A DNA stretch of 63,775 bases, the filler included, from Octopus bimaculoides (Eukaryota): the NCBI RefSeq assembly GCF_001194135.2. It is 5 parts of 4 records of this genome, joined end to end, with 100 filler letters (N's around TTAATTAATTAA, not from the genome) between each part and the next. Parts side by side here need not be neighbours in the genome. Positions count along the whole stretch, not along the records: positions 21,170 to 42,705 come from NC_068986.1; positions 42,806 to 57,426 come from NC_068981.1; 3 more parts are not named here. One strand, given 5' to 3'. Below the pieces are notes generated by a model. It worked only from the letters and a program-made list of their open reading frames with translations. It did not search any database and was not told the DNA's origin. Below are positions 36,867 through 49,700 of this stretch, in pieces (the first letter of the stretch is position 1; each line of letters begins with the position of its first letter). The translations under genes were made by a program, and so were the position numbers.

Positions 36867-37068
36867 CAGTAATCCCTCGCCATGTTGCAGTTCACCTATC
36901 GCAGTTTATTATTTAAGCTTTTGTCAGTTCCTCTGTGGTATTGTTTTGCATTTATATATACAAATTATCAAAAAAAAAAAATACATATATACACAGTTTC
37001 TACTTCCGATTTTCACCTATCGCAGGGTGTTTTGGAATGTAACACCTGCAATAGTCAAGGGATTACTG
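36867..37068. mobile_element. Tigger/pogo-type MITE with TA TSD
   Basis: TA|CAGTAATCCCT...AGGGATTACTG|TA; same family as 53088-53710. Confidence 0.9.
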
Positions 37069-39446
37069 TATGACGTTCTATAAACAAAAAAAATATTGTT
37101 AAAAAATGTTAGGTGTAAGCATGGATGTGTGGTTAAGAAGTTTGCTTCTCAGTTACCCAGTTCTGTGTTCAGTCAAACAATATTGCATCATAGTCTTGGG
37201 TTGACTAATTGCTTGTCAGTGAAATTTTGTTGATGGAAACTGTGTGGAAGCCTGTTAGCTGAGTACGTGTGTATGTATTGTTTTTGTTTAAATCAGCTTG
37301 CAGACAGAAATACCTTGTGCTATTTATATCCCTGAAGAAAGTTAACCCAATAAGTTGGTGAATTTAGTTGTTTTGCTTTTGATAAAATAAGTTCTGGCAG
37401 GGGGTGGTGATGATATAATTGACTGAAACCACTGAAAGAATATTTTTATAAGTATGTTTAGACTAAACATACTTGTAAAAATATTCTTGTAAAAAATATG
37501 TCATACCAGCTTAATCGAACATTCTTTCTATGATTTAGTATTTGAAATTGTCCTTCTAACTCTCATAGCAATTCTCCCATTCAAGCAACCATATTTTTAT
37601 CTAAACAATTATACAATAACTGACAATGAAATGAGTAAAAGGAAGCAACCTGTATGGGTTTTGCATGCTTTGCTTGAGTTATGTATGTTTATAGATTTTT
37701 ATAGAGGATGGGATACCAGACTCTGTTTTATTGCTTTATATTTAATAAATATCTATGCACAGAATGGAGGAAGTTTTGTGGAATGCTTGTGAAGCAGAGA
37801 TATTCGACCTACTGGAAATAGGTTTCTGAAAGATGGTCAAACTGTGCCTGAAAATCGTCTGTGTGATACAGATATTGGTTTGACCTGGTCTTGTCAATGG
37901 CTGTGAGTTGGTTGGCTGTGTTTCAAAAGAACACTGTGTGCTTGTTTTTTAGATTGAGAGATGATGTGTAAACTTAATGCATATAGTGTTCTGTGGAGTC
38001 ATTATTGTCAGTACCTAGAACCTGCTGTTTTGGTCATGCATAACTGATTAGCATGGAGTCAACTCATGGATACACTCCAATCCTTAGTCCACGCATATAC
38101 AGTACTTTTTCTACTTCCTCTACAATGGCCTCTATCTCTGAAAGATTGCTAGTTGAGCTCCACTTTTTCCCTGACAAATTTATCACAAATACTGTCTTCA
38201 ACTCTTTCTTCCTATATTGCCAATCATCCCTGGTCAAAATTTTCTTGGAGTTGTTCATGATAAAACATCAATTTCACCAGTCTTTGAGGACCCGTGAAAG
38301 TCAGAAGTGTAGCTCTTCTTCCTTTGATAGTTTTTTTTTTTTTTTCAAATAAAAAAAATCTTTTGAAGACATTTCATTTCATATTTGGGTTGGTATCACT
38401 ACCAAAGTGGATCATAAAGACAGACCTTGCATTACTTTCTGGTTTATGATCTTGGACAGGCTTCAGACTGCTACTGACCTGTTCAGTGTATTGCAACTAT
38501 TTGATGTGTAGCTTTAAATGAAGAACATGCTCTGTCTTACAATGTGAACACCAATACTGATAGTTGTAAAGATATTTTATGTTTATATACTTAAATTTCT
38601 TCACCTATAAAGAACATTGGATTGTTTTAATTTCAAGTGTTTGTTATTAATTGACATTGAAATATTTAGAAACCATCACCAATTGCTAGTATTTTTTTAT
38701 CAATTTAGAAATGTTGAGGGCTCATTTTATATATTTTTGATGGTGGTTGGGGAAATAGAAACAAAAATCAATCTGTTTGTAAACTATATATTTGTTGAAA
38801 GCAAATTGAAAAACGTAGATCAATGTTCACTTGGATAAACTATGAGCTTTTTATGAATTTGCTCACATAAATTTATTGATTTCATTAGAAGCATTGCAAA
38901 AGGTTTATATTTGAAGAATGTACCTCTTACTAATTGCTGAAAGTTAATCAATTTTAGTGATATTGTGCATTTTATGAATGTGCTAAATTGCTTCTAGCTT
39001 TGTTCATTGATACTGTATAGATGTAGCTAATAGCTGCCCATTATATAGTTATAGTTTTAATTAAGTGATTTACAGTAAGTGTTGTGGCAGCAATTTGAAG
39101 AGTTGTAGCTATTGACCTATAGACCAAGGGTTATCAGTTCAAACCTTGCTTTAGGCATCTGCAGTCTGTCTTTTGAATTCAGTTTAATGTGTTGGGAATA
39201 AAAAGAAAAAAGTGCAATACTTTTATTTCTTGTTTTATTGATTGATTAGACTTGAAAAATAAGTTCTATTAATAATTAGTGATTTCTATATCGTAGGCAA
39301 AAGCCTTAAATATTGGAGCTGGAGTTTAGTGGATTACTCTTGTTAATCTTGGAAGGCAAAGTTGACTGTGCCAGGAGTACTCAGGGGTAATCTTTACATT
39401 CATTTAATAAACTTCTATTTCAAGACATTTTTGATTTATATTTCAG

Positions 39447-39604
39447 TATTTGCTTATGGTGCTACTGGTGCTGGGAAAACATATACCATGCTTGGTACCA
39501 ATGACTTTCCTGGAATCACATTCCTCACTCTTATGGACCTTTATCAGAGAATAGAGGCAATTAAAACTGAAAAAAGCTGTGATGTTGCTGTTTCATATTT
39601 AGAG
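39447..39604 (+). CDS. KIF18A: KIF18A-like second coding exon containing the P-loop
   Basis: Acceptor TTTCAG ends at 39446; donor GAG|GTAGGT at 39604/39605. 158 nt; completes the phase-1 Val codon, then [16 protein letters not shown]...DVAVSYLE (Walker A GATGAGKT). In frame with both flanking exons. Confidence 0.95.
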
Positions 39605-40122
39605 GTAGGTTGTTTATTTAATTGTACTCTAGATCACGAGCATAATTAAAGAGGAAGATAAGATCCAAATTATTTGCTATCCTGAACTGTGGCACCTGTT
39701 GGCCTTTTTCACTTACTCCCAGTTCTTCTTCCAACCCAACATTGCATATGTACCTACACACCCACCACCATCACCAACAAAAAAACTGTACATAAACTCT
39801 TTCTCAACTTCACATGACTCTCCACCATGGCAGCTGTATGCTGCTTCATACCATTTTTTTTATACATGCTGTTTGTTTTAACCCTTTTATCACTATATTT
39901 CTCATGAAGTACATTCTCCATGTGTTGCAATTAATATTGAAACTAATCCAGTCTGGAGGGATTTAGTAAAATAACTCAGATATTATTCAGTGAGTGGCTT
40001 ACACCATAAAATTATGGTAGAAAGTTTCAATTTATATATGAACACCTTCAAACTAGTGGTTTTGTATGACTGAACAAAGGCAGTTATGTGGGTTGGCATC
40101 AAAAGGATTAATGTTACATTAA

Positions 40123-40342
40123 CCCTTTAGCATTTAAAACGGCCATATCCAGCCCAGGTATGCTACCTGTTTCATGTTCTAACTTGCCAGATCCAGCCTA
40201 TCACACATACCCTTCAATGCTATTCTAAAAAAATACAATCACATCATCAAAATTTCAAAGCTACAAAATAATGCATGATTAATTAAAAACAATATGAATG
40301 AAAAAGCATTACATTTGACAGTGTAACTTGAATGCTAAAGGG
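40123..40342. mobile_element. piggyBac-type MITE with TTAA TSD
   Basis: TTAA|CCCTTTAGCATT...AATGCTAAAGGG|TTAA (TTAA at 40119-40122 and 40343-40346). Confidence 0.9.
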
Positions 40343-42343
40343 TTAATAAAAATCCAATGTTATTCAAAAATGGTTGAATGCTCCAAGACACACTACAGTA
40401 CTACATAACAATGGATGGATGGTTACCAGTGTAAATATATGTATTTAAAAAATAATTTAGTCTAAAATGGAAAGATAGTGGCTGTATCCTTTGTAGCAGC
40501 AGTCCCTCAGTCAACTGGTGAAGTTTGTATTTAGCTTGAACTTCATGTTGATGCTTAAAGTAAAACATTTAGTATGGGGTAAGTCACAGTAGAGATGACA
40601 AAAGAAAGAGAGGTTGGTGCATTGATGGACTAAGTGGTAGGGGGTATACACCTTGGTAGCTCAGGTGACCAGAAATTGTTATCAAAAAGGTGGAGAAGAA
40701 ACTGTAAAATATTGTTGTGTACATATGTCTTTGCCAATCAGTTGAATATTCATTATCTTTCAACGTGTGTAGGTTATTTGCAAATGTAACAGTGAGTGAG
40801 GAGGATAAGAGAAATTGCTTTTCCTAGGTTTGGGAATTAAGTTTTCGCACAGATTAAAGGAGCAGACAGTAGTTTGGTGAGGACAGAAGATAGGTACAGA
40901 GTGCATTGTTTGAAGCTAATGACAAGGAAACACGAGGACTTGTCATCTTGTTGGATTAGATTGTTCAGAGAAAGCATTGTATGTGACAACGTAGAGCTGC
41001 CGTGGTGGAAACTTGGGTGAAGTTGAGAAAGAGTTTATATGCAGTTTGTTGTTGTGTGTGTATGTACAGTGTTGAATTGCAAGTAAAATGGGGAGTAAAT
41101 GAAGAAACTAACTGGTGCCACAGTTCAGGATAGCAAATAATTTGGGTTTTACATGAGTGTTGTCAGTGTGAGTGAAGATTTTAACAAGGAGTAAGAGACT
41201 GACTACAGGTATGCGGATAATTTGAAAATATCTCCTGGATTGACACTGTGTCCTGCATAATTACGGGTTGCTCCTTGGTGAGGCATAGCACCCATTCAAC
41301 CACCCTGCCAGGGATACAGCAAAGTCATAGGACTGCAACATAGCAGATTGTAAAGAGGCAGCAGAAAAACGCAACTGAGCCAACAGCGTTTCTTACATTA
41401 ATGCTGAGTAGAGAAATCTTGGAAGGATCACCAAGCTCTATCAAGAGCATAACTGCAATGCATCCATGGTTGTGTAATCAGCTAATGAAAGATTTATCAT
41501 CACTCAAGCTCCCAATTCAAATAGAATTGAGTGGTGACAGAGGGTCATGGAAATCCATGCCAGCAGTATGACCGAATAAAAGTCTTTGGTGCTAATGTTA
41601 AGGTTTATGGTAAGTAAAATGAACATTTTCTCCTCTCTCGTAAGTACAAACTTGACATTTCTGAAAAAGTATTGGAGTAAAGTTTTACTTGGGCATCTGA
41701 GAAGTTTTAGAAATTGAGGTTGAGAGGTGTCTCAGAGAGGAATTAGTGGCTTGTGTTGCTGTTATGTCTTAGATTAGCCTGTATGGAACAGATCTAAAGG
41801 TGTTTCTGTGTAGTTATACGACTTCCTGGACATAGTCACCAAATCTTCCTCTTATCACACTCTCATGATTTATTTAAGGAAAAATCTCATTTGGTAAGGT
41901 TACATAGTTTAAAAAATTGGCAAAATGGTCATGATTAGGGTATTTTGAACTATCAGAGGGTAAATACATGTTGGTACTTTCAATCCAAATGGTTGAAATG
42001 AAGGCACCAGGTATTTGTGTAGAAGAAGCAAAGAATAATACCCAGATATTGTAATGGTTGGAAAAAACAATGTTTGGACAAAGAGAGGATTCTGCATCAG
42101 CTGTTAGAACAACCTTCTCTATTAACTACAGGTTCAGATCCCTGTACTGTTGCTGAAAAAATTTTCCATCATTTCTCTGACAGTCATCCTATTAAAAGAA
42201 AGATGCTGACAGGCAATAGCAGAATACTAATAATAATCCTTGTTACTCTCAAACCAGATGCCTTCATTTTTTTTTTTATTATGTTCATTTCCAGTTGCTG
42301 TTCCTAACTATTCTCATTGGAATTAGTTTGTTTTTGTTTACAG

Positions 42344-42448
42344 ATCTATAATGAGCAAATTAAAGACTTGTTGAATTCAAAATCTCAGTTACCAATCCGA
42401 GAGGATCCCAAAGCTGGTGTTATAATACCTGGTCTTACATTACACAAA
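42344..42448 (+). CDS. KIF18A: KIF18A-like third coding exon
   Basis: Acceptor TTTACAG ends at 42343; donor AAA|GTAAGT at 42448/42449. 105 nt, phase 0/0: IYNEQIKDLLNSKSQLPIREDPKAGVIIPGLTLHK (kinesin YNE..DLL and RED motifs). Confidence 0.95.
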
Positions 42449-42642
42449 GTAAGTATTATTTTAATGTGTATTTATGTATGTCTGTACAGCTTAAAAAATA
42501 CTTGTTATTTCACTCATTACTTTATTTATAGTACTGTATAAATTATTTAATGCAGAGACATTAGTCACAGCAGAATAACAATAATCTTATGTTATCAGAC
42601 CAGTTGGTGATGAGAGCAATCAAACTTAACTAGTGCTGGTTT

Positions 42643-42705
<63 letters not shown>
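42643..42705. repeat. (CACG)n tetranucleotide microsatellite running into a gap
   Basis: Perfect array of about 15 units. Confidence 0.95.
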
Positions 42706-44949
42706 NNNNNNNNNNNNNNNNNNNNNNNNNNNNNNNNNNNNNNNNNNNNTTAATTAATTAANNNNNNNNNNNNNNNNNNNNNNNNNNNNNNNNNNNNNNN
42801 NNNNNGACATAGCGGAGTCTATCAGGCTAGTAATTGATTCTAGACAAAAGTTTTAACTGTCTCAGAATTCTATTTGTTTCTTATCTAGTGGTGATAGCAA
42901 AGAGACAATTACTTCTAAAGAGAGGGAAGGTGTAAGCAGTATGCATGGGCAAGGCTATAAAAGTATTAGAATCTAGAGGTTTCACTGGTCATAGTAGTAT
43001 CAGGTCATTTTATTACTATCAAAATGTTGAGGAATTAATGTTGAGGAATTATAGCCCTAGGTATATGGGTCAAATAGGTTTTTTACTTTTAGTCTGAATA
43101 GAGTAACAGTATAGTGGTACAGACAACAACTAGTTAGAGTTCTTATTGCATCTTAAGCATATTTGTCTAATCTCGTACTCACTTTCACATTTTGGCTGAA
43201 TTCACGAGGTTTATCCAACAAAGTATTATCCTTGGAAAACTCAGTTTATAGGTTGTCTATGCTGAATACGACCATCAATATGATGGTCATAATCAGCAGA
43301 TTAGTTAACGAAGTTGCACTAGTCATAAGAGTAGTGAAAATAAAGAGTTTCTGTGAAATATTCCTTTCAAAGAGATTCTATGTGTCGGATATAGAACTGA
43401 TATATAATCGGAGTGTAATACTTCCATAGAAGAATGTCTTTTAATTTAATTTTGTTTTTCATTTGATGATTGTTTTGGGATATATTTTTCCTTTCTGCTT
43501 GGAGTTAGCTTTCTTGAGATTGACTGTCTAGGATTGACTGTCTAGGATTGACTGTCTAGGATTGAACAAGGACAGTGATTCTGAACCGGGGTTCATATGG
43601 CCCTTGAGGGTCCATATAAGATTTTGTTGTTAAAATTTATGTGCAATAAATTGCTTTTGTTTCTACAATACACAAAATATTTAATATCTTTATACAATTC
43701 CTAATAATATTTAATTATAAAAATACCGTAGAATGTTTTGTGGTATACATCAAATGGCTATAATGGTTCAGTAGAGTAAAATAGGAATCAAAGGAGCAAA
43801 AATGGTTAGGGATCACTAATCAAGGGTTTCAGCTCTGTCAAAAAGACAAGCTGCGAAAAATGAGTCTGACAAACGCTCACCACTCCTGATCACCGTCATA
43901 GAAACTCTGGAGATGAAACAACCTCAAAGTCGATTCCATGGACCCCAGTACTTGACTGCTACTTTATTTTATTCCCGGAAGGATGAAAGGCAAAGTTGAT
44001 CTCGATAGATTTTGAACGCATACCGTAAAAACCCATGACAAATACCATAAGGCATTTTGACCGGCGCTCTAACGATTCTATCAACGCACAACACTCAATA
44101 TTTTTGATTTAGACAGGAAACTAACAATTTTGATAGAAGGAGGTTGGTCAGTTGATTACATCAACCCCAGCATTTGACTCATACTTTATTTTATCGACCC
44201 CGAAAGGATGAAAGGCAAAGTTGACCATCTCGGAATTTATAATGTAACAGCCAACTGCTGACATTAAATGAGGATCTCGTCACTTGCGCTTTTGCTGATT
44301 TAACCAAACCTCTTTTTCATAATTTTCTCTCTGTCCATCAATTCAGTCTAAGAGCATCTTAATGTGCCTTTTTCCCCACCCTCCCACTTGTTTTTTTTTC
44401 TCAGAAAGCAAATTTACGCTGACTGAAATGAGATGATAGACAAAGCATTATGTTTTCTTGATTCGAAAGGTTACGATATGAGGAGGAAAAGCGAAGAAAG
44501 AAAAATGGAGAAAAGAATTACATAACGAAATAAATAATACTATGAAATATTGACTAGAATAAATAATATAGTCTGAAAGGGAAGAGGTCAAAGGCAGATT
44601 GACAATGCAGCATCGACTTTATCTGTCTTTAGTCCTGTTACGGTCGAGGTCGTTGACAAGGCAGGCAGCTTCGGTCTTAATCCTGTCGAATAACTCCTGG
44701 CGTGTCAGCAATAAGCCATTAGATATTTGGTTTCGAGGCTTAACTTCTTCTTCTTTCGTAATACCTTTTAATGCTATGTATTTTGGTTTGCAAATCAAGC
44801 TAGAGGAATGTATTTATCTAAGAATATTTATGGTTTTGTTCAATTCCTCTCCCATTTTAATCTTATCGTGTAAATCTTTAATGAGTTATTTTTCTTGCTT
44901 AGTTTTACTTAGCTGGTTGTTTTGTCTGCTTATTTGTTAGCATTATTAT

Positions 44950-45176
44950 ACGATTGTAGGATGTAGGGGTAGATAGCAGCACTGATAAAATGCCGGATTA
45001 ACAGTTTTGCAGTATTTCGTTGCCCTTCTGTTCTGAGTTCCAGTCCTGTTAAGGCTGACTTTGCATTTTATCCTTCTGGAGACCCAGTTCTGGTTTTTGG
45101 CCGGAACCATTTTATATTTCTTTCCTTTGTCGTAGCATTTAGAGAAGACAAGAACGCTATTATTATTATTGTTGTT

Positions 45177-45252
<76 letters not shown>

Positions 45253-45485
45253 TTATTATTATTATTATTATTAAGGCGGCGAGCTGGCAGAATCGTTAGC
45301 ACATCAGGCAAAATGCTTGACGACATTTCGTCTGTCTTTACGTTCTGAATTCAAATTCTGAGGTCGATTTTGCCTTTCATCTTTTTGGGGTCGATAAATT
45401 AAGTACCAGTGAAACACTGGGGTCGATGTAATCTACTTGTCTCCTCCCCATAAATTTCAGGTCTTGGTGCCTATAATAGAAAGGG

Positions 45486-45573
<88 letters not shown>

Positions 45574-45880
45574 AGCGGCGAGCTGGCAGAATCGTTATCG
45601 CACCGGGTGAAATGCTTAGCGGTATTTCGCCCGTCGCTACGTTCTGAGTTCAAATTCCACCGAAGTCGACTTTACCTTTCATTTTTTCGGGGTCGATAAA
45701 AGAAGTACCAAAATTGCTGCCTCTGTGGCAAAATTTGAAACCATTATTATTATGGTAGTGAGCTGAGCAGATTCGTTAGCACGCTGGACAAAATGCTTTG
45801 TGGTGTTTCATCCGTTTTTACGTTCTGAGTTGAAAAACTACCGAGGTCGACTAGGCTTTTCATCCTTTCGACTAGGCCTT
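44950..45880 (+). mobile_element. Head-to-tail array of about four SINE family B copies separated by (TTA/TTG)n
   Basis: Heads at about 44950 (partial), 45273, 45572 and 45755; the last is truncated at the Penelope junction. Confidence 0.85.
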
Positions 45881-48011
45881 TCATCCTTAAATAACAAAAT
45901 CAAAGAGAGGTTATCTTCATTACTTAGGAAAATAACCAGAGATGATGATAGAAAGAGAATCCAGCAAGATCTAGAAAAGTCATATATGAAAGAATTTGAA
46001 ATGGTGAAGACACACCAGATTAAGAAGTTTATGAAACTCAAAGGTCAGAGAATGAAGATTGAAGTCCGTCACTCACCTGTGAAAGCAGTGATTAATGTAA
46101 GTAGCCGACGTCTAGAAAGCTCTGAACAAGCAGTACTAAACAAAGGTCTCAACTTTGCGACAACCATCAAGCGCATTCCATACATGGACATAATAGCGCC
46201 TATTGAAGAGATAGCCATAAAGATACCAAAAGCTCAGGGAGATGAACTAAGGTGGAAAGTGAGACAGGCACTAGAAAAAGCGAAACTTCCGAAACAAAAC
46301 GTCACTAAGGAAGAAACGTTCGCTATCAAAAGTCTACAAAGAGACAATTCCATCATAATACTTCCAGCGAACAAGGGAAATGCTACAGGGGTGATGAACA
46401 AGTCTGACTACTCGGAAACACTGGTAAGTCTTATAAGTGATGGTAGTTACAGCAAAGTAAAGAAAGACCCAACTCTGAAAACAGAGAGGAAGTTGTCACA
46501 GATCTTGATCAAGAACAAGGATTACTTTACACCAATGGAGTACAGACAACTGACTCAACACCACAGTAGACTACCACACATGTTCGGTCTCCCTAAGATT
46601 CACAAGGATGGTATTCCATTAAGGCTTATAGTGAGCTGTAGAGGTTCAGCATGTCATCTACTGAGCCGCTTCCCTGTGGATATAATCAGTCCATTAGCAA
46701 GAAAGCCAATATCGTATGTGAAGAATTCCACCCACTTCACAGAATTGATCAAGGATACCCCCATTGAATCCAACCAGATGGTGGGTCTAGATGTGATAAG
46801 TCTGTTCACTAAAGTCCCAACTGGTGAGGCACTATCGGTGATTCAAGAAAAACTAGTGACAGACACCCATCTAAAAGAACGCACTAGTATACCAATAAGA
46901 AACTTAATGGAAATGTTGACCTTCTGTGTAGAAACTACCTATTTCAGTATGGACACTGCTTACATCGACAAGAAGAGCGTTTAGCTATGGGTTCGCCATT
47001 ATCACCAATAATAGCCAATATATACATGGAATACTTTGAGAATTTGGCTTTAGGATCAACACCACTAAAAACAACCCTATGGCTGCGATATGTTGATAAC
47101 CCCTTCATACTCTGCTCCCACCAGGAAGATGTCCAAGTGCTATTAGATCATGTGAACTCAATAAAGCCATCCATACAGTTCACAATGGAAAAAGAAAAAG
47201 ACAATCAGCTATCATTCCTGGACATATTAATAACATGTATGGGTTCAGGACATCCGTTTACCGCAAGCCAACCTTCACTGGACGATACTTCAACTTCAAC
47301 TCCCACCATCCATACAGTGTAAAGAGAGGGATTGCTCAGTGCCTAAAACATCGAGCAATGAATATAAGTAGCGATCATGATACCCACCACGAAGAAATAA
47401 TGATCAAGCTCAGTAACAATCTATTAAGCAACAACTACCCTCCAAAGCATACTTTCCACTCCAATTATGAAGAAAAGAGAGGATGAAACCGATAAACTGT
47501 CCACAGTCTGTCTACCCTATGTGAAAGGCCTCTCCGAAACGATACAAAAGGTATGCGGCCCATATGACATCAGGACAGTACTCAAGAGTAATACAACACT
47601 TGGCAAATATCTCCTTCGAGAAAAACCACAAATAGAAGAGAATATGACTAAGAACTGCGTGTACACCATCCCATGCAGCTGTGGTAGGTTATACAAAGGT
47701 GAAACATGTCGCCCCCTCAAAATAGGGGTAGAGGAACATTGCAAAGCTGTGACACGGAGAGATATTGGTAAATTAGGTGTAAGCTGATTATGTATGGAAA
47801 AATGGAGACCACCTCTCCCTGTGGGATGAAGTTAAAATAATAGACAGAGAACCCCACTGGAAAATACGAAAACTAAAAGAAGCAGCACATACGCTAGGAC
47901 ACAACAACCTCCTAAACAGACCGAGTGCAGATATGAACAGTATATGGGAACCGGTATTAAGGAAGGAAAGGAAAATATTAGAGTTGTAAGCCCTAAAATT
48001 CACTCCATAAT

Positions 48012-48091
48012 TGCCCACGGGCATATGGCGTAGTGGTTAAGAGTGCAGGCTACTAATCTCAAGATTCCGAGTTCGATTCCAGGCATTGACC
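48012..48091 (+). promoter_or_regulatory. tRNA-derived head with a Pol III type-2 internal promoter inside the Penelope terminal module
   Basis: A box TGGCGTAGTGG at 48026-48036, B box GTTCGATTCC at 48071-48080, anticodon-like loop CTACTAA, poorly paired stems. The same head recurs at about 8115-8185 and 8315-8385 on the minus strand. Confidence 0.7.
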
Positions 48092-48175
48092 TGAATAATA
48101 ATAATAATAATAATAACAGCAACAACATCGAAAAATACCTTAGGAATGGGAACCCAGGTTCGAGATTTCCCCCAA

Positions 48176-48221
48176 GACACCTGATGAAGGCTGGAGGGTA
48201 TATCAGCCGAAACGTTGTGTC
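48176..48221 (+). ncRNA. Minimal type-I hammerhead ribozyme
   Basis: Stem I GACAC (48176-48180)/GTGTC (48217-48221); core CTGATGA (48181-48187) plus an extra A; stem II GGCTG (48189-48193)/CAGCC (48204-48208); GAAA (48209-48212); loopless palindromic ACGT stem III; GUU triplet with predicted cleavage after 48216. Confidence 0.75.
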
Positions 48222-49700
48222 AACAACAAACAAGATGAGACAAATATCCGTCAATTGTAAATAATGTACACTTTTAATATTGTTTTTAAATTTAGGCACA
48301 GGACCAGCAATTTCGGACGGGGACTTCAGTCAATTACATTGCTCAACTGGTACTTATTTTATCGACCCTGAAAGGATGAACGGTAATGTCGACTTTGGGG
48401 AATTTGAACTTAGAACGTAAAGACGGACGAAATGCCGCTAAGTATTTTGTCTGGTGTGCTAACGATTCTGCCAGTTCGTCACCTTAACCGTTATTAATAA
48501 TAATTTCTAACGAAGGCAGCGAGCCGGTAGAATCATTAGCACGCCGGGCAAAATGCATTGCGGCATTTCGTCCGTCTTTTGTTTTGAGTTCAAAAGCCGC
48601 CGAGGTCTACTTTGCCTTTCATCCTTTCAGGGTCGATGAAATAAGTATCTGTTGAAGTAAGTAAGTGTCTGTTGAAATAAGTATCTGATAAAATCGACTT
48701 AACCCCTCCTCCCAAATTGTTGGCCTTGCGCAAAAATTTGAAGCCAATGATAAGATCTAATATAGAGACCAGTTCACAAATTTGGAGACAATTATTATTC
48801 GATTGGTTCGACCCTACGACTTGATCTGTAAATTATTTTATCGATTCAGAAAGAGATTTCACTGCTACTTCTAGTAGATCGATCAATCACGTAGACAGTG
48901 CCATTTCTCATAATGCACAGTGGTATGTTAGAAATGGCAGAGCATCGCCGGACTTAAGTGGTTACAACATTTGGTTTCTTTCTTTTGCATTCCCTGCTCA
49001 AATTGCTCAGAGGTTAAAATGTCCTTCTATATCAATCGAGTTATCATAATATATGCCAAATGACGATCGATTCAACCAACACTAACACGTGTTCTGAGAA
49101 CATTTGGCTCATAGCTAATGTAAAGAAATCAATATTTTCGGGGGGAAAAATGGCGTCTGATGATAATTTGATTTTCCAATCATCTACAAAGGCGCAGAGA
49201 AATCAACTTTGAGAGAGTATCAAATGGAGATATAACAACACACGTACTATGTCACCTTCTATTAATTCTCTTTTGTTAAATACAAATGTAATCTGTTATT
49301 CTGATTCAATGAAAGTAATATGTTGAAAAGTAGATATACAAGGTTTTACATGTTGTATTTGGTTTGCAAGATTCTTGATGTGAACTCGTCTGTTGAAACA
49401 AATTCATTAATTGTTGAATCTCAAGAGGGTCATTACGCCAGTAATAAACACACGAACTGGTTCTGTTTCACTTCTTTTATTCATTATTTTTTAATTGATT
49501 AACTGCTTAACCAATTAACTAATCGATTGTTTGATTAATCGTTCAGTCAATTTATCAATCAGCTATATTTTTCAAAGTTCTTTCGCCGCCATTTGTGACT
49601 CCATCAATGACATATCCTCTACTCCAGGTCTTCAGTTTTGTCTATCTATCTCTCTGTCTGTCTACTAGTTTACAGGTTCTATATTTATATTTTTATATGG

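Larger units (their letters stand above)
45880..48270 (+). mobile_element. Penelope-like retroelement (RT plus GIY-YIG), 5'-truncated and frameshifted, with a 3' terminal module
   Basis: LNKGLNF, ILPANKGN, MFGLPKIHKDGIPLR, LDVISLFTKVP, AMGSPLSPIIANIYME, WLRYVDN, FTMEKE...LSFLD, VYRKPTFTGRYFNFNSHHP, CVYTIPCSCGRLYKGET (GIY-YIG), RKLKEA. Last stop codon at 47987-47989; at least four frame breaks. Confidence 0.95.

Noticed and set aside
42600-42645. C-box GTGATGA suggesting an intronic C/D snoRNA
   Set aside because: No D box or terminal stem before the (CACG)n array and gap.
45800-45880. N-terminus of the 394-aa ORF as a genuine start
   Set aside because: It is SINE family B sequence read in frame into a 5'-truncated Penelope; the fusion is incidental, and downstream frameshifts inactivate the RT.
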